A stretch of 64,000 bases of DNA from Squalus acanthias. Its lineage: Eukaryota. A model generated the notes under the pieces. It was not told where the DNA came from and ran no database searches. It was given only the letters and a program-made list of their open reading frames with translations. This document shows, one piece after another, positions 38,701-53,355 of the stretch. Numbering within the stretch: position 1 is the stretch's first letter; each line of letters begins with the position of its first letter. Both the position numbers and the translations under genes were made by a program. The stretch lies in assembly GCA_030390025.1 (NCBI GenBank), contig CM059438.1:56484001-56548000 (forward strand), written 5' to 3'.

Positions 38701-41700
38701 TAGAGGCAGTGTGTACCATTCACTTTGTATATCTATTAGAGGCAGTGTGTGTCATTCAGTGTGTATATCTATTAGAGGCAGTGTGTACCATTCAGTGTGT
38801 ATATCTATTAGTGGCAGTGTGTATCATTCAGTGTGAATAACTATTAGAGGCAGTGTGTAACATTCAGTGGGAATATCTATTAGAGGCAGTGTGTACCATT
38901 CACTGTGTATATCTATCAGAGGCAGTGTGTACCATTCAGTGTGTATATCTATTAGAGGCAGTGTGTATCATTCGGTGTGAATATCTATTAGAGGCAGTGT
39001 GTATCATTCTGTGTGAATAACTATTAGAGGCAGTGTGTAACATTCAGTGTGAATATCTATTAGAGGCTGTGTGTCCCATTCAGTGTGTATATCTATTAGA
39101 GGCAGTGTGTACCATTCAGTGTGTATATCTATTAGAGGCAGTCTGTACCATTCAGTGTGTATACCTATTAGAGGCAGTGTGTACCATTCAGTGTGAATAT
39201 CTATGAGAGGCAGTGTGTACCATTCAGTGTGTATATCTAGTAGAGGCAGTATGTACCATTCAGTGTGTATATCTATTAGAGGCAGTGTGTATCATTCAGT
39301 GTGAATATCTATTAGAGGCAGTGTGTAACAATCAGTGTGTATATCTATTAGAGGCAGTGTGTACCATTCAGTGTGTATATCTATTAGAGGCAGTGTGTAC
39401 CATTCAGTGTGAATATCTATTTGAGGCAGTGTGTACCATTCAGTGTGAATATCTATTAGAGGCAGTGTGTACCATTCAGTGTGAATATCTGTTAGAGGTA
39501 TTGTGTACCATTCACTGTGTATATCTATTAGAGGCAGTGTGTACCATTCAGTGTGTATGTCTATTAGTGGCAGTGTGTACCATTCAGTGTGTATATCTAT
39601 TAGAGGCAGTGTGTACTATTCAGTGTGTATATCTATTAGAGGCAGTGTGTATCATTCAGTGTGTGTATATCTATTAGAGGGAGTGGGTATCATTCAGTGT
39701 GTGTATATCTATTAGAGGGAGTGGGTATCATTCACTGTGCATATCTATTAGAGGCAGGGTGTATCATTGAGGGTGTATATCTATCAGAGGCAGTGTGTGT
39801 CATTCAGTGGGTATATCTATTAGAGGCAGTGTGTATCATTGAAGGTGTATATCTATCAGAGGCAGTGTGTATCATTGAGTGTGTATATCTATTAGAGGCA
39901 GTGTGTACCATTCAGTGTGTATATCTATTAGAGGCAGTGTGTATCATTCAGTGTGTCTATCTATTAGAGGCAGTGTGTACCATTCAGCGTGTATATCTAT
40001 TAGAGTCAGTGTGTACCATTCACTATATCTATTAGAGGCAGTGTGTACCATTCAGTGTGTATATCTATTAGAGGCAGTGTGTACCAATCAGTGTGTATAT
40101 CTATTAGAGGCAGTGTGTATCATTCACTGTGTATATCTATTAGAGCCAGTGTGTATCATTGAGTGTGTATATCTATTAAAGGCTGTGTGTACCATTCACT
40201 GTGTATATCTATTAGAGGCAGTGTGTATCATTCAGTGTGTATATCTATTAGTGGCAGTGTGTACCATTCACTGAGTATATCTATTAGAGGCAGGGTGTTT
40301 CATTGATTGTGTATATCTATTAGAGGCAGTGCGTACTATTCACTGCGTATATCTATTAGAGGCAGTGTGTACCATTCACTATTTATATCTATTGGAGCCA
40401 GTGTGTATCATTGAGTGTGTATATCTATTAGAGGCAGCGTGTACCATTCACTGTGTATATCTATTAGAGGCAGTGTGTACCATTCAGTGTGTATATCTAT
40501 TAGAGGCAGTGTGTATCATTGAGGGTGTATATCTATTAGAGGCAGTGTGTACCATTCACTTTGTATATCTATTAGAGGCAGTGTGTACAATTCAGTCTTT
40601 ATATCTATCAGAGACAGTGTGGACCATTCAATGTGTACATCTATTACACGCAGTGTGTACCATTCAGTGTGAATATCTATTAGAGGCAGTGTGTACCATT
40701 CAGTGTGAATATCTATTAGAGGCAGTGTGTACCATTCACTGTGTATATCTATTAGAGGCAGTGTGTACCATTCAGTGTGTATATCTATTAGAGGCAGTGT
40801 GTACCATTCAGTGTGAATATCTATTAGAGGCAGTGTGTACCATTCACTGTGTATATCTATTAGAGGCAGTGTGTACCATTCAGTGTGTATATCTATTAGA
40901 GGCAGTGTGTGTCATTCAGTGTGTATATCTATTAGAGGCAGTGTGTACCATTCACTTTGTATATCTATTAGTGGCAGTGTGTATCATTCAGTGTGAATAA
41001 CTATTAGAGGCAGTGTGTAACATTCAGTGTGAATATCTATTAGAGGCAGTGTGTATCATTCGGTGTGTATATCTATTAGAGGCAGTGTGTACCATTCAGT
41101 GTGTATATCTGTTAGAGGCAGTGTGTACCATTCAGTGTGTCTATCTATGAGAGGCAGTGTATACCATTCGGTGGGTATATCTATTAGAGGCAGTGTGTAT
41201 CATTCGGTGTGAATATCTATTAGAGGCAGTGTGTACCATTCAGTGTGTTTATCTATTGGAGGCAGTGTGTATCATTCAGTGTGAATATCTATTAGAGGCA
41301 GTGCGTAACATTCAGTGTGAATATCTAATAGAGGCAGTGTGTACCATTCAGTGTGTATATCTCTTAGAGGCAGTGTGTACCATTCAGTGTGTATATCTAT
41401 TAGAGGCAGTGTACCATTCAGTGTGTATATCTATTAGAGGCAGTGTGTACCATTCAGTGTGTATATCTATTAGTGGCAGTGTGTATCATTCAGTCTGAAT
41501 AACTATTAGAGGCAGTGTGTAACATTCAGTGTGAATATCTATTAGAGGCAGTGTGTACCATTCACTGTGTATATCTATCAGAGGCAGTGTGTATCATTCG
41601 GTGTGTATATCTATTAGAGCCAGTGTGTACCATTCAGTGTGTATATCTGTTAGAGGCAGTGTGTACCATTCAGTGTGTCTATCTATGAGAGGCAGTGTGT

Positions 41701-44700
41701 ACCATTCGGTGGGTATATCTATTAGAGGCAGTGTGTATCATTCGGTGTGAATATCTATTAGAGGCAGTGTGTACCATTCAGTGTGTTTATCTATTGGAGG
41801 CAGTGTGTATCATTCAGTGTGAATATCTATTAGAGGCAGCACGTAACATTCAGTGTGAATATCTAATAGAGGCAGTGTGTACCATTCAGTGTGTATATCT
41901 CTTAGAGGCAGTGTGTACCATTCAGTGTGTATATCTATTAGAGGCAGTGTACCATTCAGTGTGTATATCTATTAGAGGCCGTGTGTACCATTCACTGTGT
42001 ATATCTATTAGAGGCAGTGTGTACCATTCACTGTGTATATCTATTAGAGGCAGTGTGTACCATTCAGTGTGAATATCTATTTGAGGCAGTGTGTACCATT
42101 CACTGTGTATATCTATTAGAGGCAATGTGTACCATTCAGTGTGTATATCTATTAGAGGCAGTGTGTACCATTCAGTGTGAATATCTATTAGAGGTAGTGT
42201 GTACCATTCACTGTGTATATCTATTAGAGGCAGTGTGTATCATTCAGTGTGTATATCTATTAGAGGCAGTGTGTACCATTCAGTGTGTATATCTTTAACA
42301 GGCAGTGTGTACCATTCGGTGGGTATATCTATTAGAGGCAGTGTGTACCATTCGGTGGGTATATCTATTAGAGGCAGTGTGTACCATTCAGTGTGTTTAT
42401 CTATTACAGGCAGTGTGTATCATTCAGTGAGTATATCTATTAGAGGCAGTGTGTATCATTCAGTGTGTATCTCTATTAGAGGCAGAGTGTATCATTCAGT
42501 GTGTGTATATCTATTTGAGGGAGTGGGTATCATTCAGTGTGTGAATATCTATTAGAGGGAGTGGGTATCATTCAGTGTGTATATCTATTAGAGGCAGGGT
42601 GTATCATTGAGGGTGTATATCAATTAGAGGCAGTGTGTGTCATTCAGTGGGTATATCTATTAGAGGCAGTGTGTATCATTGAAGGTGTATATCTATTAGA
42701 GGCAGTGTGTATCATTGAGTGTGTATATCTATTAGAGGCAGTGTGTACCATTCAGTGTGTATATCTATTGGAGGCAGTGTGTATCATTCAGTGTGTATAT
42801 CTATTAGAGGCAGTGTGTACCATTCAGCGTGTATATCTATTAGAGGCAGTGCGTACCATTCACTGCGTATATCTATTAGAGGCAGTGTGTACCATTCACT
42901 GTTTATATCTATTAGAGCCAGTGTGTATCATTGAGTGTGTATATCTATTAGAGGCAGTGTGTACCATTCACTGTGTATATCTATTAGAGGCAGTGTGTAC
43001 CATTCAGTGTGTATATCTATTAGAGGCAGTGTATATCATTGAGGGTGTATATCTATTAGAGGCAGTGTGTACCATTCACTTTGTATATCTATTAGAGGCA
43101 GTGTGTGTCATTCAGTGTGTATATCTATTAGAGGCAGTGTGTACCATTCAGTGTGTATATCTATTAGTGGCAGTGTGTATCATTCAGTGTGAATAACTAT
43201 TAGAGGCAGTGTGTAACATTCAGTGTGAATATCTATTAGAGGCAGTGTGTACCATTCACTGTGTATATCTATCAGAGGCAGTGTGTACCATTCAGTGTGT
43301 ATATCTATTAGAGGCAGTGTGTACCATTCAGTGTGAATATCTGTTTGAGGCAGTGTGTACCATTCACTGTGTATATCTATTAGAGGCAGTGTGTACCATT
43401 CAGAGTGTATATCTATTAGAGGCAGTGTGTATCATTCAGTGTGAATATCTATTAGAGGTAGTGTGTACCATTCACTGTGTATATCTATTAGAGGCAGTGT
43501 GTATCATTCAGTGTGTATATCTATTAGAGGCAGTGTGTACCATTCAGTGTGTATATCTTTTACAGGCAGAGTGTACCATTCGGTGGGTATATCTATTAGA
43601 GGCAGTGTGTACCATTCGGTGGGTATATCTATTAGAGGCAGTGTGTACCATTCAGTGTGTTTATCTATTAGAGGCAGAGTGTATCATTCAGTGAGTATAT
43701 CTATTAGAGGCAGTGTGTATCATTCAGTGTGTATCTCTATTAGAGGCAGTGTGTACCATTCAGTGAGTATATCTATTAGAGGCAGTGTGTACTATTCAGT
43801 GTGTATATCTATTAGAGGCAGAGTGTATCATTCAGTGTGTGTATATCTATTGGAGGGAGTGGGTATCATTCAGTGTGTGAATATCTATTAGAGGGAGTGG
43901 GTATCATTCAGTGTGTATATCTATTAGAGGCAGGGTGTATCATTGAGGGTGTATATCAATTAGAGGCAGTGTGTGTCATTCAGTGTGTATATCTATTAGA
44001 GGCAGTGTGTATCATTGAAGGTGTATATCTATTAGAGGCAGTGTGTATCATTGAGTGTGTATATCTATTAGAGGCAGTGTGTAACATTCAGTGTGTATAT
44101 CTATTAGAGGCAGTGTGTATCATTCAGTGAGTCTATCTATTAGAGGCAGTGTGTACCATTCAGCGTGTATATCTATAAGAGTCAGTGTGTACCATTCACT
44201 GTGTATATCTACTAGAGGCAGTGAACACCATTCAGTGTGTATATCTATTGGAGGCAGTGTGTACCATTCAGTGTGTATATCTATTAGAGTCAATGTGTAC
44301 CATTCACTGTGTATATCTATTAGAGGCAGTGTGTATCATTCAGTGTGTATATCTATTAGAGGCAGTGTGTACCAATCAGTGTGTATATCTATTAGACGCA
44401 GTGTGCATCATTCAGTGTGTATATCTATTAGAGCCAGTGTGTATCATTGAGTGTGTATATCTATTAAAGGCTGTGTGTACCATTCACTGTGTATATCTAT
44501 TAGAAGCAGTGTGTATCATTCAGTGTGTATATCTATTAGTGGCAGTGTGTACCATTCACTGTGTATATCTATTAGAGGCAGTGTGTATCATTGAGTGTGT
44601 ATATCTATTAGAGGCAGTGCGTACCATTCACTGTGTATATCTATTAGAGGCAGTGTGTACCATTCACTGTTTATATCTATTAGAGCCAGTGTGTATCATT

Positions 44701-44950
44701 GAGTGTGTATATCTATTAGAGGCAGTGTGTACCATTCACTGTGTATATCTATTAGAGGCAGTGTGTACCATTCAGTGTGTATATCTATTAGAGGCAGTGT
44801 GTATCATTGAGGGTGTATATCTATTAGAGGCAGTGTGTACCATTCACTTTGTATATCTATTAGAGGCAGTGTGTGTCATTCAGTGTGTATATCTATTAGA
44901 GGCAGTGTGTACCATTCAGTGTGTATATCTATTAGTGGCAATGTGTATCA

Positions 44951-47780
44951 CTGTAATACAGAGTAATGATATTGGGTCAAAAAATCATGATAATGAAACA
45001 GTTTGGGTGGAGATAAGGAATAATAAGGGGAAAAAAACATTAGTGGGCGTAGTCTATAGGCCTCCGAACAGTTGCAACTCTATTGGACGGAGTATCAATC
45101 AGGAAATAGTTGAGGCATGTAATAAGGGAACATCTATAATTATGGGGGATTTTAACTATCATATTAATTGGACAAATCAAATGGGGCAGGGCTGCCTTGA
45201 GGATGAGTTCATTGAGTGTATTAGGGATGGGTTTCTTGAGCAGTATGTAACTGAACCGACCAGGGGGCAAGCAACCTTAGATCTGGTCCTGTGTAACGAG
45301 ACAGGATTAATTAAAAATGTCCTAGTAAAGGATCCCCTTGGAATGAGTGACCATAACATGGTTGAATTCCATATTCAATTAGAGGGTGAGAAGGTTGGAT
45401 CTCAAACAAGCGTGCTAAGCTTGAATAAAGGAGACTATGAAGGTATGCGAGCGGAATTGAGTAGAGTGGATTGGGAAAATAGATTAAAGGGTAAGACGAC
45501 ACATGATCAGTGGTGTACATTCAAGGAGTTATTTTACAACTTCCAAAAAAAATATATTCCACTGAAAAGAAAAGGGTGTAAAAGAAAGGACAGTCATCCG
45601 TGGCTAAGTAAAGAAATTAAGGATAGTATTCGACTAAAAACAAGGGCATATAAGGTAGCGAAATCTAGTGGGAGGACAGAGGATTGGGAAAACTTTAAAA
45701 GGCAGCAAAAAATAACAAAAAGATTGATTAAGAAAGGGAAGATAGATTATGAAAGTAAATTAGCAAAAAATATAAAAACAGATAGTAAGAGTTTTTATAG
45801 TTATATAAAAAGAAAAAGGGTGGCTAAAGTAAATGTTGGTCCCTTAGAGGATGAGACCGGGAAATTAATGGTGGGAAATATGGAGATGGCAAAAACACTG
45901 AATGAATATTTTGTATCAGTCTTTACAGTAGAGAACACTAAGAATATCCCAACACTGGACAAACAGGGGGCTATAGGGGGAGAGGAGCTAAACACGATCA
46001 AAATCACTAAGGAAGTGGTACTCGGTAAAATAATGGGACTCAAGGCGGATAAATCACCTGGACCTGATGGCTTACATCCTAGAGTCTTGAAGGAAGTGGC
46101 GGTAGGGATTGTAGATGCATTGGTAATAATTTTTCAAAACTCCCTGGATTCCGCTAAGGTCCCGGCAGACTGGAAAACTGCTAATGTAACACCCTTATTT
46201 AAAAAGGGCAGTAGACAGAAGGCTGGTAACTATAGACCGGTTAGCCTAACATCTGTGGTAGGTAAAATTTTGGAGTCCATTATTAAGGATACAGTAACAG
46301 GACATTTGGATAATCATAATTTAATAGGACAAAGTCAGCATGGTTTTACGAAGGGGAAGTCATGTTTGACAAATTTGCTGGAGTTCTTTGAGGAAGTAAC
46401 ATATAGAGTGGATAAAGGGGAACCAGTGGACGTAGTGTATTTAGACTTCCAAAAGGCATTTGACAAGGTGCCACACAAAAGATTATTGCTTAAGGTAAAA
46501 AATCACGGGATTGGGGGTAATATTCTGGCATGGATAGAGGATTGGCTATCTAACAGAAAGCAAAGAGTTGGGATAAATGGTTCATTCTCAGACTGGCAAT
46601 CAGTAACTAGTGGTGTTCCACAGGGGTCAGTGCTGGGTCCCCAACTCTTCACAATCTATATTAACGATTTGGAGGAAGGGACCAAGTGTAACATATCAAA
46701 ATTTGCAGATGATACAAAGATGGGAGGGAAAGTAGTGAATGAGGAGGACATAAAAAACCTGCAAGGGGACATAGACAGGCTAAGTAAGTGGGCAGAGATT
46801 TGGCAGATGGAATACAACACTGGAAAGTGTGAGGTGATGCACTTTGGCAGGAAAAATCCTAGAGCAATTTATTATCTTAATGGCAAGAAACTGGAGAGTA
46901 CTGAAGTGCAAAGGGATCTGGGGGTCCTGGTGCACGAAACTCAAAAGGTTAGTATGCAGGTGCAGCAAGTGATTAAGAAGGCAAATGGAATGTTGGCTTT
47001 CATTGCTAGGGGGATAGAATATAAAAATAGGGAGGTATTGCTTCAGTTGTACAAGGTATTGGTGAGACCGCACCTAGAATACTGCATACAGTTTTGGTGT
47101 CCTTACTTAAGGAAAGACATCCTTGCTCTCGAGGCAGTGCAAAAAAGGTTCACTCGGTTAATCCCGGGGATGAGGGGGTGGTCATATGAGGAGAGGTTGG
47201 GTAGATTGGGACTCTACTCATTGGAGTTCAGAAGAATGAGAGGCGATCTTATTGAAACATATAAGATTGTGAAGGGGTTGGATCGGGTGGATGCGGGGAG
47301 GATGTTCCCGATGACGGGTGAGACGAGAACTAGGGGACATAGTCTTAGAATAAGGGGCTGCTCTTTCAAAACTGAGATGAGGAGGAACTACTTCACTCAG
47401 AGGGTGGTAGGTCCATGGAATATGCTGCCACAAAAAGCTGTAGAAGCTACAACATTAATTAAATTTAAAACAGAAATAGACAGTTTCCTAGAAGTAAAGG
47501 GCATTAAGGGTTACGGGGAGCGGGCAGGAATTTGGACATGAGTCTCGGTTCGGATCGGTCATGGCCCTGTGGGTAGTGGAGCGGGCCCAGGGACTGTGTA
47601 GCCTGATTCTGCTCCTATTTCGTGTGTGCAATTCTGTTAGATGCAGGAGATGGTTCTGTGATAGATAGTAGATTGGCGGTTAGGATCAGATCAGCCATGA
47701 TCTTATTGAATGGCGGAGCAGGCTCGAGGGGCCGATTGGCCTACTCCTGCTCCTATTTCTTATGTTCTTATGTTCTTATG
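44951..47780 (+). mobile_element. 5'-truncated CR1 LINE, copy B (duplicate of A, offset 15015)
   Basis: Same truncation point, junctions and ORF2 protein as copy A. Confidence 0.97.
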
Positions 47781-50525
47781 TATCATTCAGTGTGAATAAC
47801 TATTAGAGGCAGTGTGTAACATTCAGTGGGAATATCTATTAGAGGCAGTGTGTACCATTCACTGTGTATATCTATCAGAGGCAGTGTGTACCATTCAGTG
47901 TGTATATCTATTAGAGGCAGTGTGTATCATTCGGTGTGAATATCTATTAGAGGCAGTGTGTATCATTCTGTGTGAATAACTATTAGAGGCAGTGTGTAAC
48001 ATTCAGTGTGAATATCTATTAGAGGCTGTGTGTCCCATTCAGTGTGTATATCTATTAGAGGCAGTGTGTACCATTCAGTGTGTATATCTATTAGAGGCAG
48101 TCTGTACCATTCAGTGTGTATATCTATTAGAGGCAATGTGTACCATTCAGTGTGAATATCTATTTGAGGCAGTGTGTACCATTCAGCGTGAATATCTATT
48201 AGAGGCAGTGTGTACCATTCAGTGTGAATATCTGTTAGATGTATTGTGTACCATTCACTGTGTATATCTATTAGAGGCAGTGTGTATCATTGAGTGTGTA
48301 TATCTATTAGAGGCAGTGTGTACCATTCAGTGTGTATATCTATTGGAGGCAGTGTGTATCATTCAGTGTGTATATCTATTAGAGGCAGTGTGTACCATTC
48401 AGCGTGTATATCTATTAGACGCAGTGCGTACCATTCACTGCGTATATCTATTAGAGGCAGTGTGTACCATTCACTGTTTATATCTATTAGAGCCAGTGTG
48501 TATCATTGAGTGTGTATATCTATTAGAGGCAGTGTGTACCATTCACTGTGTATATCTATTAGAGGCAGTGTGTACCATTCAGTGTGTATATCTATTAGAG
48601 GCAGTGTATATCATTGAGGGTGTATATCTATTAGAGGCAGTGTGTACCATTCACTTTGTATATCTATTAGAGGCAGTGTGTGTCATTCAGTGTGTATATC
48701 TATTAGAGGCAGTGTGTACCATTCAGTGTGTATATCTATTAGTGGCAGTGTGTATCATTCAGTGTGAATAACTATTAGAGGCAGTGTGTAACATTCAGTG
48801 TGAATATCTATTAGAGGCAGTGTGTACCATTCACTGTGTATATCTATCAGAGGCAGTGTGTACCATTCAGTGTGTATATCTATTAGAGGCAGTGTGTACC
48901 ATTCAGTGTGAATATCTGTTTGAGGCAGTGTGTACCATTCACTGTGTATATCTATTAGAGGCAGTGTGTACCATTCAGAGTGTATATCTATTAGAGGCAG
49001 TGTGTACCATTCAGTGTGAATATCTATTAGAGGTAGTGTGTACCATTCACTGTGTATATCTATTAGAGGCAGTGTGTATCATTCAGTGTGTATATCTATT
49101 AGAGGCAGTGTGTACCATTCAGTGTGTATATCTTTTACAGGCAGAGTGTACCATTCGGTGGGTATATCTATTAGAGGCAGTGTGTACCATTCGGTGGGTA
49201 TATCTATTAGAGGCAGTGTGTACCATTCAGTGTGTTTATCTATTAGAGGCAGAGTGTATCATTCAGTGAGTATATCTATTAGAGGCAGTGTGTATCATTC
49301 AGTGTGTATCTCTATTAGAGGCAGTGTGTACCATTCAGTGAGTATATCTATTAGAGGCAGTGTGTACTATTCAGTGTGTATATCTATTAGAGGCAGAGTG
49401 TATCATTCAGTGTGTGTATATCTATTGGAGGGAGTGGGTATCATTCAGTGTGTGAATATCTATTAGAGGGAGTGGGTATCATTCAGTGTGTATATCTATT
49501 AGAGGCAGGGTGTATCATTGAGGGTGTATATCAATTAGAGGCAGTGTGTGTCATTCAGTGTGTATATCTATTAGAGGCAGTGTGTATCATTGAAGGTGTA
49601 TATCTATTAGAGGCAGTGTGTATCATTGAGTGTGTATATCTATTAGAGGCAGTGTGTAACATTCAGTGTGTATATCTATTAGAGGCAGTGTGTATCATTC
49701 AGTGAGTCTATCTATTAGAGGCAGTGTGTACCATTCAGCGTGTATATCTATAAGAGTCAGTGTGTACCATTCACTGTGTATATCTACTAGAGGCAGTGAA
49801 CACCATTCAGTGTGTATATCTATTGGAGGCAGTGTGTACCATTCAGTGTGTATATCTATTAGAGTCAATGTGTACCATTCACTGTGTATATCTATTAGAG
49901 GCAGTGTGTATCATTCAGTGTGTATATCTATTAGAGGCAGTGTGTACCAATCAGTGTGTATATCTATTAGACGCAGTGTGCATCATTCAGTGTGTATATC
50001 TATTAGAGCCAGTGTGTATCATTGAGTGTGTATATCTATTAAAGGCTGTGTGTACCATTCACTGTGTATATCTATTAGAAGCAGTGTGTATCATTCAGTG
50101 TGTATATCTATTAGTGGCAGTGTGTACCATTCACTGTGTATATCTATTAGAGGCAGTGTGTATCATTGAGTGTGTATATCTATTAGAGGCAGTGCGTACC
50201 ATTCACTGTGTATATCTATTAGAGGCAGTGTGTACCATTCACTGTTTATATCTATTAGAGCCAGTGTGTATCATTGAGTGTGTATATCTATTAGAGGCAG
50301 TGTGTACCATTCACTGTGTATATCTATTAGAGGCAGTGTGTACCATTCAGTGTGTATATCTATTAGAGGCAGTGTGTATCATTGAGGGTGTATATCTATT
50401 AGAGGCAGTGTGTACCATTCACTTTGTATATCTATTAGAGGCAGTGTGTGTCATTCAGTGTGTATATCTATTAGAGGCAGTGTGTACCATTCAGTGTGTA
50501 TATCTATTAGTGGCAGTGTGTATCA

Positions 50526-53355
50526 CTGTAATACAGAGTAATGATATTGGGTCAAAAAATCATGATAATGAAACAGTTTGGGTGGAGATAAGGAATAATA
50601 AGGGGAAAAAAACATTAGTGGGCGTAGTCTATAGGCCTCCGAACAGTTGCAACTCTATTGGACGGAGTATCAATCAGGAAATAGTTGAGGCATGTAATAA
50701 GGGAACATCTATAATTATGGGGGATTTTAACTATCATATTAATTGGACAAATCAAATGGGGCAGGGCTGCCTTGAGGATGAGTTCATTGAGTGTATTAGG
50801 GATGGGTTTCTTGAGCAGTATGTAACTGAACCGACCAGGGGGCAAGCAACCTTAGATCTGGTCCTGTGTAACGAGACAGGATTAATTAAAAATGTCCTAG
50901 TAAAGGATCCCCTTGGAATGAGTGACCATAACATGGTTGAATTCCATATTCAATTAGAGGGTGAGAAGGTTGGATCTCAAACAAGCGTGCTAAGCTTGAA
51001 TAAAGGAGACTATGAAGGTATGCGAGCGGAATTGAGTAGAGTGGATTGGGAAAATAGATTAAAGGGTAAGACGACACATGATCAGTGGTGTACATTCAAG
51101 GAGTTATTTTACAACTTCCAAAAAAAATATATTCCACTGAAAAGAAAAGGGTGTAAAAGAAAGGACAGTCATCCGTGGCTAAGTAAAGAAATTAAGGATA
51201 GTATTCGACTAAAAACAAGGGCATATAAGGTAGCGAAATCTAGTGGGAGGACAGAGGATTGGGAAAACTTTAAAAGGCAGCAAAAAATAACAAAAAGATT
51301 GATTAAGAAAGGGAAGATAGATTATGAAAGTAAATTAGCAAAAAATATAAAAACAGATAGTAAGAGTTTTTATAGTTATATAAAAAGAAAAAGGGTGGCT
51401 AAAGTAAATGTTGGTCCCTTAGAGGATGAGACCGGGAAATTAATGGTGGGAAATATGGAGATGGCAAAAACACTGAATGAATATTTTGTATCAGTCTTTA
51501 CAGTAGAGAACACTAAGAATATCCCAACACTGGACAAACAGGGGGCTATAGGGGGAGAGGAGCTAAACACGATCAAAATCACTAAGGAAGTGGTACTCGG
51601 TAAAATAATGGGACTCAAGGCGAATAAATCACCTGGACCTGATGGCTTACATCCTAGAGTCTTGAAGGAAGTGGCGGTAGGGATTGTAGATGCATTGGTA
51701 ATAATTTTTCAAAACTCCCTGGATTCCGCTAAGGTCCCGGCAGACTGGAAAACTGCTAATGTAACACCCTTATTTAAAAAGGGCAGTAGACAGAAGGCTG
51801 GTAACTATAGACCGGTTAGCCTAACATCTGTGGTAGGTAAAATTTTGGAGTCCATTATTAAGGATACAGTAACAGGACATTTGGATAATCATAATTTAAT
51901 AGGACAAAGTCAGCATGGTTTTACGAAGGGGAAGTCATGTTTGACAAATTTGCTGGAGTTCTTTGAGGAAGTAACATATAGAGTGGATAAAGGGGAACCA
52001 GTGGACGTAGTGTATTTAGACTTCCAAAAGGCATTTGACAAGGTGCCACACAAAAGATTATTGCTTAAGGTAAAAAATCACGGGATTGGGGGTAATATTC
52101 TGGCATGGATAGAGGATTGGCTATCTAACAGAAAGCAAAGAGTTGGGATAAATGGTTCATTCTCAGACTGGCAATCAGTAACTAGTGGTGTTCCACAGGG
52201 GTCAGTGCTGGGTCCCCAACTCTTCACAATCTATATTAACGATTTGGAGGAAGGGACCAAGTGTAACATATCAAAATTTGCAGATGATACAAAGATGGGA
52301 GGGAAAGTAGTGAATGAGGAGGACATAAAAAACCTGCAAGGGGACATAGACAGGCTAAGTAAGTGGGCAGAGATTTGGCAGATGGAATACAACACTGGAA
52401 AGTGTGAGGTGATGCACTTTGGCAGGAAAAATCCTAGAGCAATTTATTATCTTAATGGCAAGAAACTGGAGAGTACTGAAGTGCAAAGGGATCTGGGGGT
52501 CCTGGTGCACGAAACTCAAAAGGTTAGTATGCAGGTGCAGCAAGTGATTAAGAAGGCAAATGGAATGTTGGCTTTCATTGCTAGGGGGATAGAATATAAA
52601 AATAGGGAGGTATTGCTTCAGTTGTACAAGGTATTGGTGAGACCGCACCTAGAATACTGCATACAGTTTTGGTGTCCTTACTTAAGGAAAGACATCCTTG
52701 CTCTCGAGGCAGTGCAAAAAAGGTTCACTCGGTTAATCCCGGGGATGAGGGGGTGGTCATATGAGGAGAGGTTGGGTAGATTGGGACTCTACTCATTGGA
52801 GTTCAGAAGAATGAGAGGCGATCTTATTGAAACATATAAGATTGTGAAGGGGTTGGATCGGGTGGATGCGGGGAGGATGTTCCCGATGACGGGTGAGACG
52901 AGAACTAGGGGACATAGTCTTAGAATAAGGGGCTGCTCTTTCAAAACTGAGATGAGGAGGAACTACTTCACTCAGAGGGTGGTAGGTCCATGGAATATGC
53001 TGCCACAAAAAGCTGTAGAAGCTACAACATTAATTAAATTTAAAACAGAAATAGACAGTTTCCCAGAAGTAAAGGGCATTAAGGGTTACGGGGAGCGGGC
53101 AGGAATTTGGACATGAGTCTCGGTTCGGATCGGTCATGGCCCTGTGGGTAGTGGAGCGGGCCCAGGGACTGTGTAGCCTGATTCTGCTCCTATTTCGTGT
53201 GTGCAATTCTGTTAGATGCAGGAGATGGTTCTGTGATAGATAGTAGATTGGCGGTTAGGATCAGATCAGCCATGATCTTATTGAATGGCGGAGCAGGCTC
53301 GAGGGGCCGATTGGCCTACTCCTGCTCCTATTTCTTATGTTCTTATGTTCTTATG
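50526..53355 (+). mobile_element. 5'-truncated CR1 LINE, copy C (duplicate of B, offset 5575)
   Basis: Same junctions; two amino-acid differences (KADK>KANK, SFLE>SFPE). Confidence 0.97.
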